This document shows, piece by piece, positions 35,159 through 48,575 of a stretch of 64,000 nucleotides of DNA. The DNA comes from Podarcis cretensis (taxonomy: Eukaryota), in NCBI GenBank assembly GCA_951804945.1, contig OX638152.1, forward strand, positions 12,524,001 through 12,588,000, read 5' to 3'. The notes beneath the pieces were generated by a model. It saw only the letters and a list, made by a program, of their open reading frames with translations, made no database searches and was not told the DNA's origin. Each line of letters begins with the position of its first letter. The stretch's first letter is position 1. Position numbers and translations under genes: made by a program.

Positions 35159-36006
35159 ACCACATTACTTTTCTGGGTATTCAGAATAAAATTTCAGTGC
35201 AAAAAGAGCATGTAGATGCAACCATGGGTTTCTGAGCTACTAGTGGGGGCTGCAACAAAATATTGCCTTGCAGGATACTCCAGTTCTGGAGACTCCATTT
35301 GATCCTCCCTCGCCATTTGCTCCCTCGGTCCTCACAAAGAAAAGCATTCCATGGCCACTAAGCTAATGCATTTCTCATTCAGCTATGTTTTTGGGGAAGC
35401 TGTTTCTCCCTTTCCCTTTTGCCCTGTTTCCCTAAAGGGTGGTGTGGTTTTTTTGGGTACAGGCAAATCTTGGGGTTTCCCTGAGCCTGCAGATGCTTCC
35501 TTCCTGTGCACAGATACTGGTGTTTTGCCTGCATAAGCAACGTCAGTCATCTCTGAACACTGGATATGGGCATGGGGAGCAGGCTGCTCGGTTAAGTTAA
35601 GAAAACGCTGCAATTTGTGGGCTTGCCATCATGACATACAAAACTCATAAGAGAGGTGAAGCATGGAAGTCTGGACCCTCTTTCTCCTTCCTTCCCTGCT
35701 CTCCTTGGAAGTGACCAGCCCTGTCTGCATGCAGCCTCTTTACTACTCCAATAAAATCTGCCAACGGCAATCAACAGCTCTATAAAACTGCTCCGGGAGC
35801 CGTTTTGAGACCTTGGGCCTCCATATCCTTGCTAAAAATCGCTGGCGTTAAGCCTAGCGCAGCGCATAGCTGTGTCCAAAGAAGGCAGGCCACACATATC
35901 TCCCTTCCGCCAATGCTTCCAATGGCCCTGTGCTCCAACTCCCCCTGCCCAACTCTGCCACCCATGGATTTGCTATTAAGGCTCCCTTTGCATCAATGCC
36001 TCTTAC

Positions 36007-36190
36007 CCACTAGGACGGTGATGACCTTATTGCTGGCGTACTGCTCTATCTCCCGCAGCCACTCTGGGAGGCATCGGAAGGACTCTTCGCAGGTGATGTC
36101 ATAGGTCAGTATTAATGCATTAGCACTGCGATAGTAACTTTGAGTAATGGACCGAAATCGCTCTTGTCCTGCCGTGTCCCAGATCTGCAG
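36007..36190 (-). CDS. RAB30: RAB30 coding exon 3
   Basis: [61 protein letters not shown](G); 184 nt; donor G|GTAAGA. Confidence 0.97.
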
Positions 36191-38105
36191 CTTTTTTTCC
36201 CATAACAAGGGAGGAAAAATGATTGGGGTGGGTGGGTGGGAAGGAGAAAGCGACTGCATTAGTACAAAATCCTCAATTAGAATGTCTCATTGACCCCAAT
36301 TTCCTTCCCGAGAATGTCTCAACGTAGGCAATATTTCTTCCGTATGCCACCCGATAAACCCAACCCCATTTTAAGAATGTCGAAAAGTGCCTTGCTGGAT
36401 CTGTTTAAAACAAGGTTGTATTGCATGTCAAAAGGCCCACAGCTTCACCCTGAATTTTATTAGGAGAAACGGAAGGGATGGATCGCTCTCTCTTAGCTCC
36501 TTCCATGATTCGTGATGATATAAACTTCTCTCGTGCCCTGTCTACTTTATGACACAGACACAACCCTTTCTGCATTTTGAGATTTACAACAGGAGGCATG
36601 AAGCTGAGATGACTCTTGGGCTGGGGTATTTTGGGGGGGTTGTTGAGAGGGGGGCTGTCGCTGTTAATGATACTAATTTTTGTATCTTTATTTTAGATCT
36701 TCTGAATTTTATAGGGAAATTGTTTAATTTTGGTTGTGTATTTTTGATACTTTATTGTTTATTACTACTTATGTTATGTCTGTAATTATGTAATTCTTTT
36801 AAAGCCACCTTGAGCATGGTTTCATCTATGGAAAAGCGACATACAAATAAAATTATGTATGTATGCATGACATCCCCGGTGATTCTCCTTGGAACCAGCC
36901 TCATGTGGATACTGCATATGCATGCAAAGTGATGGGGGAATGTAACTGGGCAGGTGGGCAGCCCTTCCGGGACTGCGATAAGGAACGGGCTGCCCACCAG
37001 AAAAGGTTCCCTACCCTTGCCCTACAACAACTTAGGGCCCCTCCAGACTGGTAGGTGCCCTCCCCGGGTGTATTCTGCAACATGTCATTGAATCCAACAA
37101 TATTGCATTAGTGCTGGATTTATACTGCACAGTCCACATATCACTCTACTCTATTAGTTGCTGTACAATGCTCCCCCAGAAAACTTGCCATACGTCTGTA
37201 TGGAAATCGGGAAAATCTCTTAGACGTATGGGAGCCCATAAAGCAATTTTGCCCAAAAAGCTCAACAACTTTGGCCCCCTCCCCTCCCAAAAAGCTTAAC
37301 AACTTTTCTGTCCATAGTTACAGTGTTTTAAATATGGCAACCCTAGAATATAAGATATTTCAGCAGGAAGTTAAGGGACATGCACCAATCTGAAGCAAAG
37401 CAGGGTGTCCTTCTGAAAACCTTTGCAGGTGCAAATATTGCTGAAAGTGAGAGCATGTATAACCAACCTAATAGCCTAATAGGCACAAATAATATTGAAT
37501 GCACAATAAAAAGAGTGCCTGGAGGGGCCCTTAGGCAATCTGCACTTGCCATGCTATAGCAACCATTCACAATACCCCTTCCAAAGCCGCCAATATACTT
37601 ATAGGTTGCCAGCTAAGCCCAGTAGTAGAGGCCATTTGTTAGACTCTGGATCGCCAACATTCACCTCCAACATGCAAAGCAAGCGCCAGGAGGGATTTTC
37701 AGTAGAGAGAAGCCACAGGTGGGAGAGTGAGATGCTTAACCCCTAGCCTCCCAGCCACTTTCCTCTACAATCTCTTTCTTAGTTGCTTCCTCCCAATTGA
37801 TTGGGAAACCTGATCTTTGGTTCATAGGAGGCGGGGGGGGCAGAGGATGAGGCAGAGTGAAAGACAGGGGAAATGAGATCCTTCTATGGGAATCCCCACT
37901 GCTGCCACAGGGAAGTTCCATATGAAGGGGAAACTCATAGGATGCAGAGTTTTCATACATCACACAACATGGCGCCAATATGAGAGTTCCAATCCCAAGA
38001 TCCCAGGTATTTCCCTGAGTGGTCATATATATTTTAACAGAGAAAACTGTTTTTCCTTATGTCAAATCAACTCAAAGTGGAGGGAAAAACCAAGCAAACC
38101 CTTAC

Positions 38106-38189
38106 CTTTACTTTTTCACCATTGATCTCCACTGTCTTAATCATAAAGTCAACGCCGATTGTGGCACCTTGCCCTGGTGGAAAAAGACC
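38106..38189 (-). CDS. RAB30: RAB30 coding exon 2
   Basis: GLFPPGQGATIGVDFMIKTVEINGEKVK; 84 nt; AAG acceptor, AAG|GTAAGG donor. Confidence 0.97.
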
Positions 38190-39819
38190 CTTGAGAAGGG
38201 AAAACAAACATTGTTCATAAAACATTTTCAGCATAAGGAATGTTGGACATTTCACACTGCCGTTGTCCTAGTGGAAGAATCTTGTGAACACCGATCAATG
38301 TTCTGACTTGAGGCTCTGTGTCATTACATGCCTCTTCTGAATCTCTTCTTTACGGAAGGCTAGAGGGAAATTTTCAGATTTCCTGCAACAGTAGAATTTT
38401 GCTCAAGGCAACAGCCCTGCAGCATAATGGCAATCAATGAGGCACCACCAACAGGTCCAATTCTAGGTTTTTTGCAGGCAAGGATGCCTCATTCAGTGGC
38501 TGGGGAACGTGGCCAAGGAATTGACACCTGCAGTTCCGTGCACAGATGGTCTCCAGAGTCCCTTGGGGACACCGTCCTCCCTTCGTAAAACGCATGGCCA
38601 ATACTCTCCTGAGCTGCACACTTTGGATTTCATTTGGATTTCTTGTACACTGTTTTCCTTCGTCCAGCTCAGAGAAACCACTTCGCAAACCCCCCCCCCC
38701 CAAAGCTACTGTTCTGCAGCCGGTTTTTCAGAAGATGGGGGACCAAGTTGTGCAAATCCCATCTGACATGGAGGACCAGCCCAACGGAGCAAAAAAATAA
38801 TAATGTTTGGAAGCTATGAGAGGTAGCTGAAAAGCCCAGTATTTCTCAAAAGTGAAATATGTGCAGATTCTCTCTCACCTCCCCCCAACTTTTTATACAG
38901 AAGAGATGTTTGGGTGGTTTTGTTTTCCCCCCGTGTGCGCAGCAAGCAAGATTTATGTTCCTTGCAAAGGAACACAAATCACCTGGAGATGTCTCCCAGA
39001 AACCACCAAATCACAGCGAGTTCGGTCAGTCTGCAGTGCTCCCAGCAGAATTTTAAGTTGGCGCTGTTGGAACAGAGCAAGCAAGCAAGCAAAGCACCAG
39101 CTGCCTCTTTTGTTAGCTCTGCACCACAACTTGTTCCTCTTGTTTTGTTGGACACCTCCATCCCTCGGAACACTTACAGGGACGGGCTGTGGAGTGGATA
39201 AGCTGGTGTTTTGATTCCCCACCCCCACTTCCCCAGGGGTGGGGGGTCAACTTCGCTCCAGCCCCCATGGCAGGCTGCCCATAGAAAAGAGAATATTTCC
39301 AGGCACATTCTTTGAAAGGTCTCCACGGGGAAGAAGTGCTGACTGTTTAAGATGCAGAACTGCCAAGAAACATTCCGTGCGTTACGCAACCGCTCGGCAA
39401 GAACTTCCTTTCTACCAGGCTATTGCAATGTCGCCGCTGACCCTTTCAATGTCTTCTTGCACAGAAAGGGAAGAGGAAAGCCAGTTTTCTGTTATTACTT
39501 TCCTTCCACCAAAGTGGCATCACCTACCTGCTCATAGAAATATAACAAGAGCCCATCTGGGTCTGCATCCTATAGGAAGTCTGCAGCACAACAGAGCACT
39601 CCCCTGCAACTTGGTCATCTAGTCCCACCCCCCAGGCCCAGACAGAGGAGGGGCCATATGGGCCACTTGGCCCGGGCCTCCGATTCCAAAGGGGGCCTTA
39701 GCCAGCATATTCACAATCGCAATAACTATATTTTCCATTTTGTCTTTATATGCAGATATGGTTAAAGCCTTGAAATAAAATTATTTGTCAGCATAACTTT
39801 TGTGAAAATTATTTATATA

Positions 39820-40078
39820 CAGTCATACCTTGGGTTGAATACGCTTCATGTTGAGCATGTTCGAGTTGCGCTCCGCGGCAACCCGGAAGTAACGGAGCGC
39901 GTTACTTCCGGGTTTCGCCGCTCGCCATGCGCAGACACTCAAAATGACGTCACATGCATGCGCAGAAGCGGCGAAAAGAGACGCGCATGTGCGCAAATGT
40001 GCCGTCACCAGTTACGTTTGCTTCTGGATGCAAACGGGGCTCTGGAATGGATCCTGTTCGCATCCCAAGATACCACTG
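39820..40078. mobile_element. Tc1/mariner MITE with CpG-rich internal hairpins
   Basis: TA|CAGTCATACCTTGGG ... CCCAAGATACCACTG|TA; internal palindrome AACCCGGAAGTAACG..CGTTACTTCCGGGTT. Confidence 0.8.
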
Positions 40079-40758
40079 TACTTACTTATTTATAAGACTT
40101 CAGCTATCCCCAGGGTAAAAAAAAGGGGGGGCACATTATCTACCTGGTCCGGGCCTCTGCCTGGCTCTGCAAGCCCCTGCAACCCCCCAGCGATGCAGGA
40201 ACCACAGCTAAAGAATCTCCAGTGGATCCCCATCCATCCTCTGTTTAAAAACCTCCCCAAGTTCCTGTTGATGCTGCAATCCTCAAACAATGTGCATGGT
40301 CCAACAGAATTTCCCCAGCCTGTCTTCACCCATGAGGTTCATCCTGCCCCAAAACCCAGCAGCAGCAGCAGAGACTGCAGTTCAAAGATGGAGAGCCTGC
40401 AGCCCTTCAAATGCTGTTGGACTCCAACTCCCATCATCCCTGACAAGAGGTCAATCTGGCTGGGGATGATGGGAGTTGGAGTCCAGAAACATAAGGAGAT
40501 CGCCAGACTGGCCACCCTGATACAAGAATAGGGGAACACCCGGAAGGTCACAGGCAAGCCACTCCTGCGTTGGCTGATGCCCTCTCTTACTATATGATGG
40601 TACAGTCCTGCCTCATACCAGGAGATGATGGCAGAGGTTCTCCTGGGTCCTAGCTCCTTCCTCCTGCGCACTAACACATATATGAATGTGCTGCATACAC
40701 ATCTGCCCTGCCCTTCTCGAATGCCTGAAGCATCAACAACCCTGAAATGCCACCTTAC

Positions 40759-40851
40759 CTGAGTAAACCGCCGCACTAAGCAGGTCTTCCCCACGCCAGC
40801 GTTCCCAATTAAAACTATTTTGAAGAGAAAGTCATAATCTTCCATACTCAT
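40759..40851 (-). CDS. RAB30: RAB30 first coding exon (exon starts at 40859)
   Basis: MSMEDYDFLFKIVLIGNAGVGKTCLVRRFTQ (P-loop); acceptor TTGCAG|CTGTGTAAATG; donor CAG|GTAAGG. Total CDS 93+84+184+251 = 612 nt (203 aa). Confidence 0.97.
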
Positions 40852-41689
40852 TTACACAGCTGCAAGGGAAAGGAAAACAAGGAATTAAAAAAGAAATCCC
40901 CAAAGGGCTTCCGTCGCAGCCGGTCTTCTCCAAAGGGCTTTAACTCCCGCTGGTTAAAGGAGCACCAGGTTTCCAGTTAAGCTCCCTAGAATCCACCGGC
41001 GATACAGAATCAGAAGCAAAATACATAAAGGAGGGACATTAGAAGACCCAGTGACTTATTTCATTATTGACGGACTTTGATCCTCCAGGTATTCAAGGCA
41101 AAGGTCACTGCGGTATTGGCAATTTCTCACCAGCACACAGAAATCATGGCAGCACATGAACCCAGGAACTGCTGTTGCCTGTGATCTGGTAACCTCTAGG
41201 TTAGATTACTGCAACGTCTTGAACTGCCCTGAGAACTGTGGATGAGGGATGCTATGCAAATAATATAGTTCCCTTATACAGCATTCAAAGAAACAGTTCC
41301 CAAACTCCTTTGGGCCACCAACCCTTTGGTTTCATGAACTTATCCCCAGTTCCAATTTCATTGTTCTGTATGGGACAATGACAATAAAGATATCGTATAT
41401 ATCGTTCCCCCTAGCCTGCAAAAAGGGTTGTTCAGAATAGCAGTCTGAGCAACCTGCTAAGGAAGATAATAACACAATTTTAAAAAATCAAAACAGTAAC
41501 AAGTGATTGCACATTTTATTCAAAATCCAATCAAAACTACTAAGTTTAATTAATTCAACAACACTGGTGAAGTTGCTGCATTGATACCAGTTTTTCAAAG
41601 CCTGGTAGTCATTTACAACTCCAGCGTCCCCCTCTGCTGTCCCCTAGGTAATCCCCACCCCACCCACTTTGAGAACCATTGATTCAGCC

Positions 41690-42025
41690 CATTGGGCCAC
41701 CTAGCCAGCAATGGCTCCTCAATCTGCCCCAGGTTCTCAGGGAGAGAGAGGTCTTTGACAGCTCTGGGGATGTTGGCCTCCATCTGCCTCAAGAGACAAT
41801 GGAGTGCTCCTCCGATGGTGAAGTCAAACCACTGCGTTAGCAGCATCTAAGTGATCTCCCCGGGGCACAAGTCTGGGCAGTGAGTATGGAGGATCCTGGG
41901 CTGCCCGGATGACAAGACCCCCCCTTCTCAGCCTCGCTGAAGTGGTCCAAAGGAAAGCAGAGCAAGATGTTTGGCACCAGCTTAGCTGGAGGATTTCCCG
42001 GAAGGAGGCATACAAGGGTACCAGA
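41690..42025 (-). mobile_element. Dispersed repeat resembling an RTE-clade 5' region
   Basis: Homologous to 57560-57950 and, inverted, to 12160-12500. Confidence 0.6.
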
Positions 42026-42328
42026 GATCTTTTTACCTAGAGATGCTGGGAGAGAAGGTGGTACGAAGGGCCATATCACACATTTATAAAGGTTCCCATG
42101 GATGGATCAGTATTAGAAACTGGAATAGAAAAGCTAGGAGCCAAATGGCTCCTGGGACCTGGGTTGTGGGGGCCAAAACAGAAGGTCTAGTTGCCATGGG
42201 GCGGGGGGAGAGAAAGAGAGAGCCAGCAACACTTTATTTATTATTTTGATAAGCATGAACTAATATGCAGTTCACATAAGTGACACATTGTTAATATCAC
42301 ATTTTTAACAGAAATTGTTAATACATGG

Positions 42329-42852
42329 TGTGGCGATCACACAGGGTCCCCGGACGTTTCACCGTCTATTGATCCCTGTGCCACCACTTTATTTCTCGCT
42401 GCCGCCACCCAGGCCCTACCTGGTACAATACTGAGTCCAGTCAGGGTTAAATTGGAACATAAACGTCTGTTTATTTATTGCAGTTTAACAAGCGTGTGGT
42501 TTCATAAATGGTATTGGTCAATTACAATCATAGGGTGCCTATCCAGACCTATAACTTCCGCTACCTGCTCTCCCTCACTAAACCACCTCTCAGATATTTA
42601 CTTGTCTTCCTAGCTCCTAACTGTTCCTGACTCAGCTTATACGATACACTAACTCAACCTACCCACAGACTCTATCCCAATTCACTCCCACTCCAACCAA
42701 CCACCCAACTCCCACCCAACTCCCCCCTTCGCCCCTCCCAGAGCTGGTTTTATAGTCCCTCTGACTCCACCACCACCACCCCCCCCCCGGGTCCTGACTG
42801 GATAACCTGTTTAACTATTTCACCTCCAGCACTCTCATACGTTAACGTCACA
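42329..42852 (-). mobile_element. Solo LTR (Gypsy/ERV-like)
   Basis: TGTGGCG...CGTCACA termini (imperfect inverted repeat); minus-strand CTATAAAA near 42750 upstream of AATAAA near 42470-42479; TSD degenerate (CATGG/CAAGT). Confidence 0.6.
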
Positions 42853-43624
42853 CAAGTATTTAATGTGTTTACAGCAAAAAATATTGGTACCATGCTTCAG
42901 TTTTCAAAACACTCTACTCTCTATTGTTAAACTCCTTAACATATACTTTGAGGCTTCAAAGCACATACGTTTCAGTAATCCTTGAGTGTCAGCCAGGCGC
43001 AAAAAATGGCACCCAGACTTTCTGAGGTGCTCGCAAATGGAGAATCTTTAGGTGTGAAATGCGCCTAGCGCCCTGCTAATTTCGAACCCTGGGGTGGATG
43101 TGAAAAGCACATGGTAGCCCCCCTTTGGAGCCAACTTTGTCATCTCAACCTCACCGTACGAACATGACTGCAACTGGACTTTGGCTACAGCCAACTCGCT
43201 TCTCGCCTGTTGCTGTTTCTATCCTTCAGTAACAGCGCCACATTACAGATGCAACCCTTTGTCACACTCAGTGCTCAGTGACCCTCGGGCAGCTCGAGGT
43301 ATAAAACCTCAGACGGCAGCTCCTGGGTGCCGTTCAACTTTCTGTCTATAATTGCACAGAAGCCACGGGATGGTTTTGGAAGAAGGCCTTCGGTTTCCCT
43401 CTTCTCAACACAGGAAGTGAATTCAGTGTTTAAAGCGGTAAGAAGAGCCCTGGTGGCTCAGACTGAAGGTCTATCTGGTCTGCTTCCCACAGCAGCCCCC
43501 AACCAGATGCCTCCAGGAAGACCAAAAGCAGGAAGTGGTGCAAAGCCCTCTCTCGCTGTTCTTCTCCAGCATCTAGTACTTGGAGGCATGCTACCTCTGA
43601 TTCTGGAAGTAGTATACTGCAGTC

Positions 43625-44050
43625 AGCAAGGTATCATGGTTAGAATGTTTGGCTATGACCTGGGAGATTAGGGTTCGAATCCCCACTCAACCATGAAGCT
43701 CTCTGGGTGACCTTGGGCCATCCACTGTCTCTCAGCCTAAACTACCGTATTTTTCGCTCTATAAAATGCACCAGACCGCAAGACGTACCTAGTTTTTGGA
43801 GGAGGAAAACAAGGGAAAAAAATATTCTGAATCTCAGAAGCCAGAAGAGCAAAAGGGATCGCTGCGCAGTGAAAGCAGCAATCCCTCTTGCTGTTTTGGC
43901 TTCTGTTATAGCTGCGCAGCCTGCATTCGCTCCATAAGACACACACACATTTCCCCTTACTTTTTAGGAGGGAAAAAGTGAGTCTTATAGAACAAAAAAT
44001 ACGGTACCTTGCAGGGTTATTGTGAGAACCACATACACCATCTAGAGCTC
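43625..44050 (+). mobile_element. tRNA-derived SINE (Squam3/MIR-like) interrupted by a MITE
   Basis: GGGTTCGAATCCCC B-box and GGGTGACCTTGGGC core; sequence resumes after the MITE at a TA. Confidence 0.65.
43745..44004. mobile_element. Tc1/mariner (pogo/Tc2-like) MITE
   Basis: TA|CCGTATTTTTCGCTCTATAA ... TTATAGAACAAAAAATACGG|TA. Confidence 0.85.
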
Positions 44051-45099
44051 CTTATCCTCCACGAATATGTCTTAAATCCCTGTTCAAAGCAGCCCAGAGA
44101 TGTTCACGCATACCTTGTGGTAGCAAATTCCATATGGGCTGCGTGAAGATCACCTCCTTCTTGGTCTATCCCGAACTCCCGCCAACGTTCAGCGTCACTG
44201 AATGACCCTGGGCTCTAATATTGTAAAAGAAATCTCTCTCTGTTCGCTTCATCTACTCTGCCCATTATCTTGAATGTTCTGTTTTATTATGTCTACTTGC
44301 TTGATTTTATTGGTATTGCAGTCATAACAGCCTCAACCAGAAGCCAACATCACTTTTGACTTTCAGGCATCTCCTGAATATTTTTTATTTAAATGGCAGC
44401 AGGCCTTTGTAGCTGTTTAATTAGCCAGTCACTTTAATGATTATTTGTAGTATTATTACTATTACTATTACTATTATTATTATTATTATTTGTTGTTGTA
44501 CACCACCCTGATAATTCATGATACAGCAGTAAAGGAATGCTTTTATGAATGAATAAAATAAATAAGAATGATTATGAATATGTAAACCACTCAGAGTGTT
44601 AAGAAAATGGTAAATAAATCTTGTAAAATATCAATATACTGTATACCAACCCTCTGTGAACCCTGCCTTAGTCAGCCCAAAACTAGAAAAAACCAAATGC
44701 CTTTAGTGTTTCCTCTAGGGTAACGGCTCTCAATTAGCTAAGCACTGTGTCCCCCTGTTTTTCAAAAGCCAAGTTATGGACCCCCTACTTTTGAAAATCT
44801 TGACATCTCTTTGCCAGTTTTTATCATGTGAATGGTGCCACCATACCTTCCAACATTCCCCAGTGCAAAACTGGGCCGTGCTCCCGTGCGAGTCACATGA
44901 CCCGTGCGAGATCACAGCCCCCCAAAATAGGATGTCCCCATTGATGGGGATGTGCCTCCGCAGACCACCAATTGGGAACCATAGCTCTGGGATGATGTGC
45001 TCTGACCCCTTGAGAACTTTAAATGGGATGGGGGAGAACCATGCAGACTGCTTTGAGATCTTTGGAGAAAAACATGGAACATAAATGCAATAAATTAAA

Positions 45100-45290
45100 C
45101 TGAATTTCGGTTGCTCTTCTCTTCACCTTTTCCAACACTGCATATATTGGAAAAGTGGGAACCAGAATGACACAATATTCCAAATAGGTCAGGACCACAG
45201 ATGTATAGAAAGACATCACACGGTTCCTGCATACTGGATCAACTTTTTCATTGAGCAATCTACCATGATGCCAAAATCTCTTTCCTGGTC
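45100..45290 (-). mobile_element. CR1 LINE ORF2 fragment
   Basis: FYTSVVLTYLEYCV...LEKVKRRAT resembles the CR1 motif LY.ALVRPHLEYCVQFW...LERVQRRAT. Confidence 0.65.
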
Positions 45291-45681
45291 AGACCCCCCC
45301 CCCCCCATCAATGCCATGTGAAATTAGGGATTTATTTTATTTTACTAAAAACAATCACATGGAACACAGAACGAATCTCATTTGACATTTTGTGGCCCGT
45401 TTGCCCACTTTGGAGAGATCCTTTGGGAGCTCTCTGTGGTCTGCTTGGATCTTCGCAGTTTCATATAATTTATGGCTATCCACAAACCAAAAAAACCTCA
45501 CTGCTCTTTCCTGTCTCCACTTCCAGTCCGCTTTAACAAATAAAAACAATAGGGTCTTGCGCACTTTGGAAATGATCTAATTCAGCGTGGTCTGGGATTT
45601 CAAAAAATAAACACAGGTAACATTCGTGAGTCCATCAACTATAGTGAAGAAGATTCAATCATGTGCGAGGAAAAGCTTTTA

Positions 45682-46479
45682 CAGTGGTACCTCGGGTTAA
45701 GTACTTAATTTGTTCCGGAGGTGCGTACCATATTTTTCGTCCCATAGGACGCTCCGTCCCATAGGACGCACCTACTTTTCTGGGGGGGAAATAAAGGAAA
45801 TAAAGGTCGGGGAACTGTGGGATGGCGGTGCTGCGCCTCCCCGCTGTCCCCCGAGCTTGTGGGGCTGGCCGATGTCTGCCCGGCGCGAGGGGCGCTCTGC
45901 TTCAGGGCGCCCCGCGCGTCGGGCGGCAGGCTACTGTCCGCAGCATGGGGAGCCCTCTGTTTCAGGGCGCCCCACGCGCCCCCCGGTGCGCAAGGCTTGC
46001 CGACACCTGCGCGGAGCACGGGGCGTCCTCCGGAGGGCGCCCCGTGCTCCGCGCTGCAGGCTGCCGCCCGCAAGGCTTGTGCGCCCTGGGGAACTCCCCC
46101 CGGGCATGCAAGGCTTGCGGATAGCTTCCTGGAGCCTGGAGAGCGAGAGACGTCGGTGCGCACCAACGCCTCTCGCTCTCCAGGCTTCAGCGAAAGCCTG
46201 CATTCACCCCATAGGACGCACACACATTTCCCCTTCATTTTTGGAGGGGAAAAAGTGCGTCCTATAGGGCGAAAAATACGGTACTTAACCTGAAACTGTT
46301 CTTAACCTGAAGCACCACTTTAGCTCATGGGGCCTCATGCTGCCGCTGCGCCGCCAGAGCACGATTTCTGTTCTCATCCTGAAACAAAGTTCTTAACCCG
46401 AGGTACTATTTCTGGGTTAGCGGAGTCTGTAACCTGAAGCATCTGTAACCTGAAGCATATGTAACCCAAGGTACCACTG
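45682..46479. mobile_element. Tigger-like MITE (family of 5000-5232) hosting a nested MITE
   Basis: CAGTGGTACCTCGGGTTA / TAACCCAAGGTACCACTG ends; host sequence is split at CGTA|CTTAACC. Confidence 0.88.
45728..46281. mobile_element. Nested pogo/Tc2-like MITE with GC-rich hairpin array
   Basis: TA|CC(A/G)TATTTTTCG...CGAAAAATACGG|TA; same termini as 43745-44004. Confidence 0.88.
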
Positions 46480-46889
46480 CTAGCAGCAGCGCTGTGCCTG
46501 AGTTAATCAACTGCAGTAAACAAGATTAAATTAGCAAGGGGGGAGAAGTCCTTAGGGTACAGCAAAATCCCAACCCTTTGAAGCCAAAAGCTGGATTTGC
46601 AGGGCATCACATTAGAGATCATTATAGCTTGCAGAAGCCTTAAGAAGGTAAGAAGAGCCTGCTGGATCAGACCAATGGCCCAGCTACTCCAGCGTCCTGT
46701 TCTCACGGTGGCCAACCAGATGCCCCACCAAAGCCCTCTCTCCTCCTGTGGTTTCCAGCAACTTGCATTCAGAAGCATTACTACCTCCAGCCAAGTGGGC
46801 AGAGCACAGCCATCCATGTTTAGTAGCCATTGAGAGCCTTGTCCTCTGTGAATTTGCCTTGCATTTAAGCACTAGCCTGGTAGCCAAAT

Positions 46890-47242
46890 GGGACGTGGGT
46901 GGCGCTGTGGGTTAAACCACAGAGCCTAGGACTTGCCGATCAGAAGGTCAGTGGTTCGAATCCCCGCGACGGGGTGAGCTCCCGTTGCTCAGTCCCTGCT
47001 CCTGCCAACCTAGTAGTTCAAAAGCACATCAAAGTGCAAGTAGATAGATAGGTACCGCTCTGGCGGGAAGGTAAACGGCGTTTCCGTGCACTGCTCTGGT
47101 TTGCCAGAAGCGGCTTAGTCATGCTGGCCACATGACCCGGAAGCTGTACGCCTGCTCCCTTGGCCAATAAAGCAAGATGAGCGCCACAACCCCAGAGTCG
47201 GCCATGACTGGACCTAATGGTCAGGGGCCCCTTTACCTTTAC
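46890..47242 (+). mobile_element. Sauria SINE
   Basis: Full-length, A/B boxes, CTTTACCTTTAC tail; different subfamily from the 8329/23342 copies. Confidence 0.92.
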
Positions 47243-48575
47243 AGCACTAACTGTCAGCAAATCTCCAAAGTTTCAGGCAGGGATCTCTTCCAACTTGTTC
47301 CTGGAGACGCTGGGGACTGAATCTGAGGTCTTTCTGCATGCAATGTAGATGTTCTACTGCTGAATTACGTCTGTTCCCCGGCAGTTCTCAGGCTTGCTTC
47401 ATCTTCTGAGATGATTGTTGGGTGGGATGGAAGCTGTATGTTGATCTATATCATAGAATCATAGAGTTGGGACAGATCATCTAGTCCAACCCCCTGCAAT
47501 GCGGTTGTCCCATACAGGGATTGAACTTGCAACCTTGGTGTTATCAGCACTGGTAGCCAAAGGTGAACAGGAATGGCATGCAGGCAACAATTTACATCTG
47601 ATGTGGATGTTACATCAGCTGCGCGTGAGCCTCTTTGCGCTTTTTCCCACCCTTCCCCTTGACTGTGCGTGACTGACTTCTCTTCAGCTATTGCATGTGT
47701 CAGGGCCACGCAGATAAGGATGATCCTTTGTCCCTGTCTGTGCAGACACAGGGGGGAAGGACACCCAGAACAAAAATACTAAGGGGGTGTGGGAGGACTA
47801 AGTTGGTTTTATTGGAAGCAGAAGGCAAAGAGCAGCCAAAACACATTCTGAAAAGGAGAAGGGAGGGGGGAGAGAGAGAGATGGAAACACCCATCTGCAA
47901 AGTCTAAATATTTCTTGGAAATCTTTCTGGCTGCTGCAGATGCATTTCTGGCCTCTGGAATGTGGTGTCAGGGTTGTTACAAATGCTCACAGCTGGCCAG
48001 AACAATCAGCTCCCTTGGAAAAGATTGCCAAAGGTCCAGGGCAAATAGAAAACCAACAGGCCCTTTGACCCAGCTGGACAATTGCTACAAAGCATACTGA
48101 TGAAAAGACTGGCTTTTGGGAATACTATAAAAACAGCTGAAGCACTGCTTCAGAAAACGGGGGTGGGAGGGCAAGAAAGAGCAAGGCCCCGCCAGGTTTA
48201 GATTTCTTCTCCCCTACAAAGCAAGTCAGGGACTAGACGAATTCAAGCTATATAAATATAAGCCCTATCACATGGCCATAAAATTCTGCAATAAGAGCCA
48301 AATTATGTGCTGTTCCAGAAATCCATTATTCTGCTATTGCTACCTGTTTGGCTATGCAGAGCAATAGAATCCCGCCTGTTGAGTGCTGGGGGTCAGATTC
48401 AGCATTCGATTTTCATTAGTTTGTTTTCAGTCGTGAGGACCAGGAACTTGTGCCCTCTCGCTCTCTGTCAAATTCTGTGCTTGCAGAAAAGTGTAAGCAT
48501 CACTCTCTATGATTGTGTACGTTTTGTTGCATTTGCAACCCGTGTTTCTCCCAGCAAAGAACCCAAGGCAACGTA

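Noticed and set aside
45820-46130. CRISPR-like repeat-spacer array
   Set aside because: Eukaryotic context, degenerate units inside a MITE with TIRs, and no cas genes.
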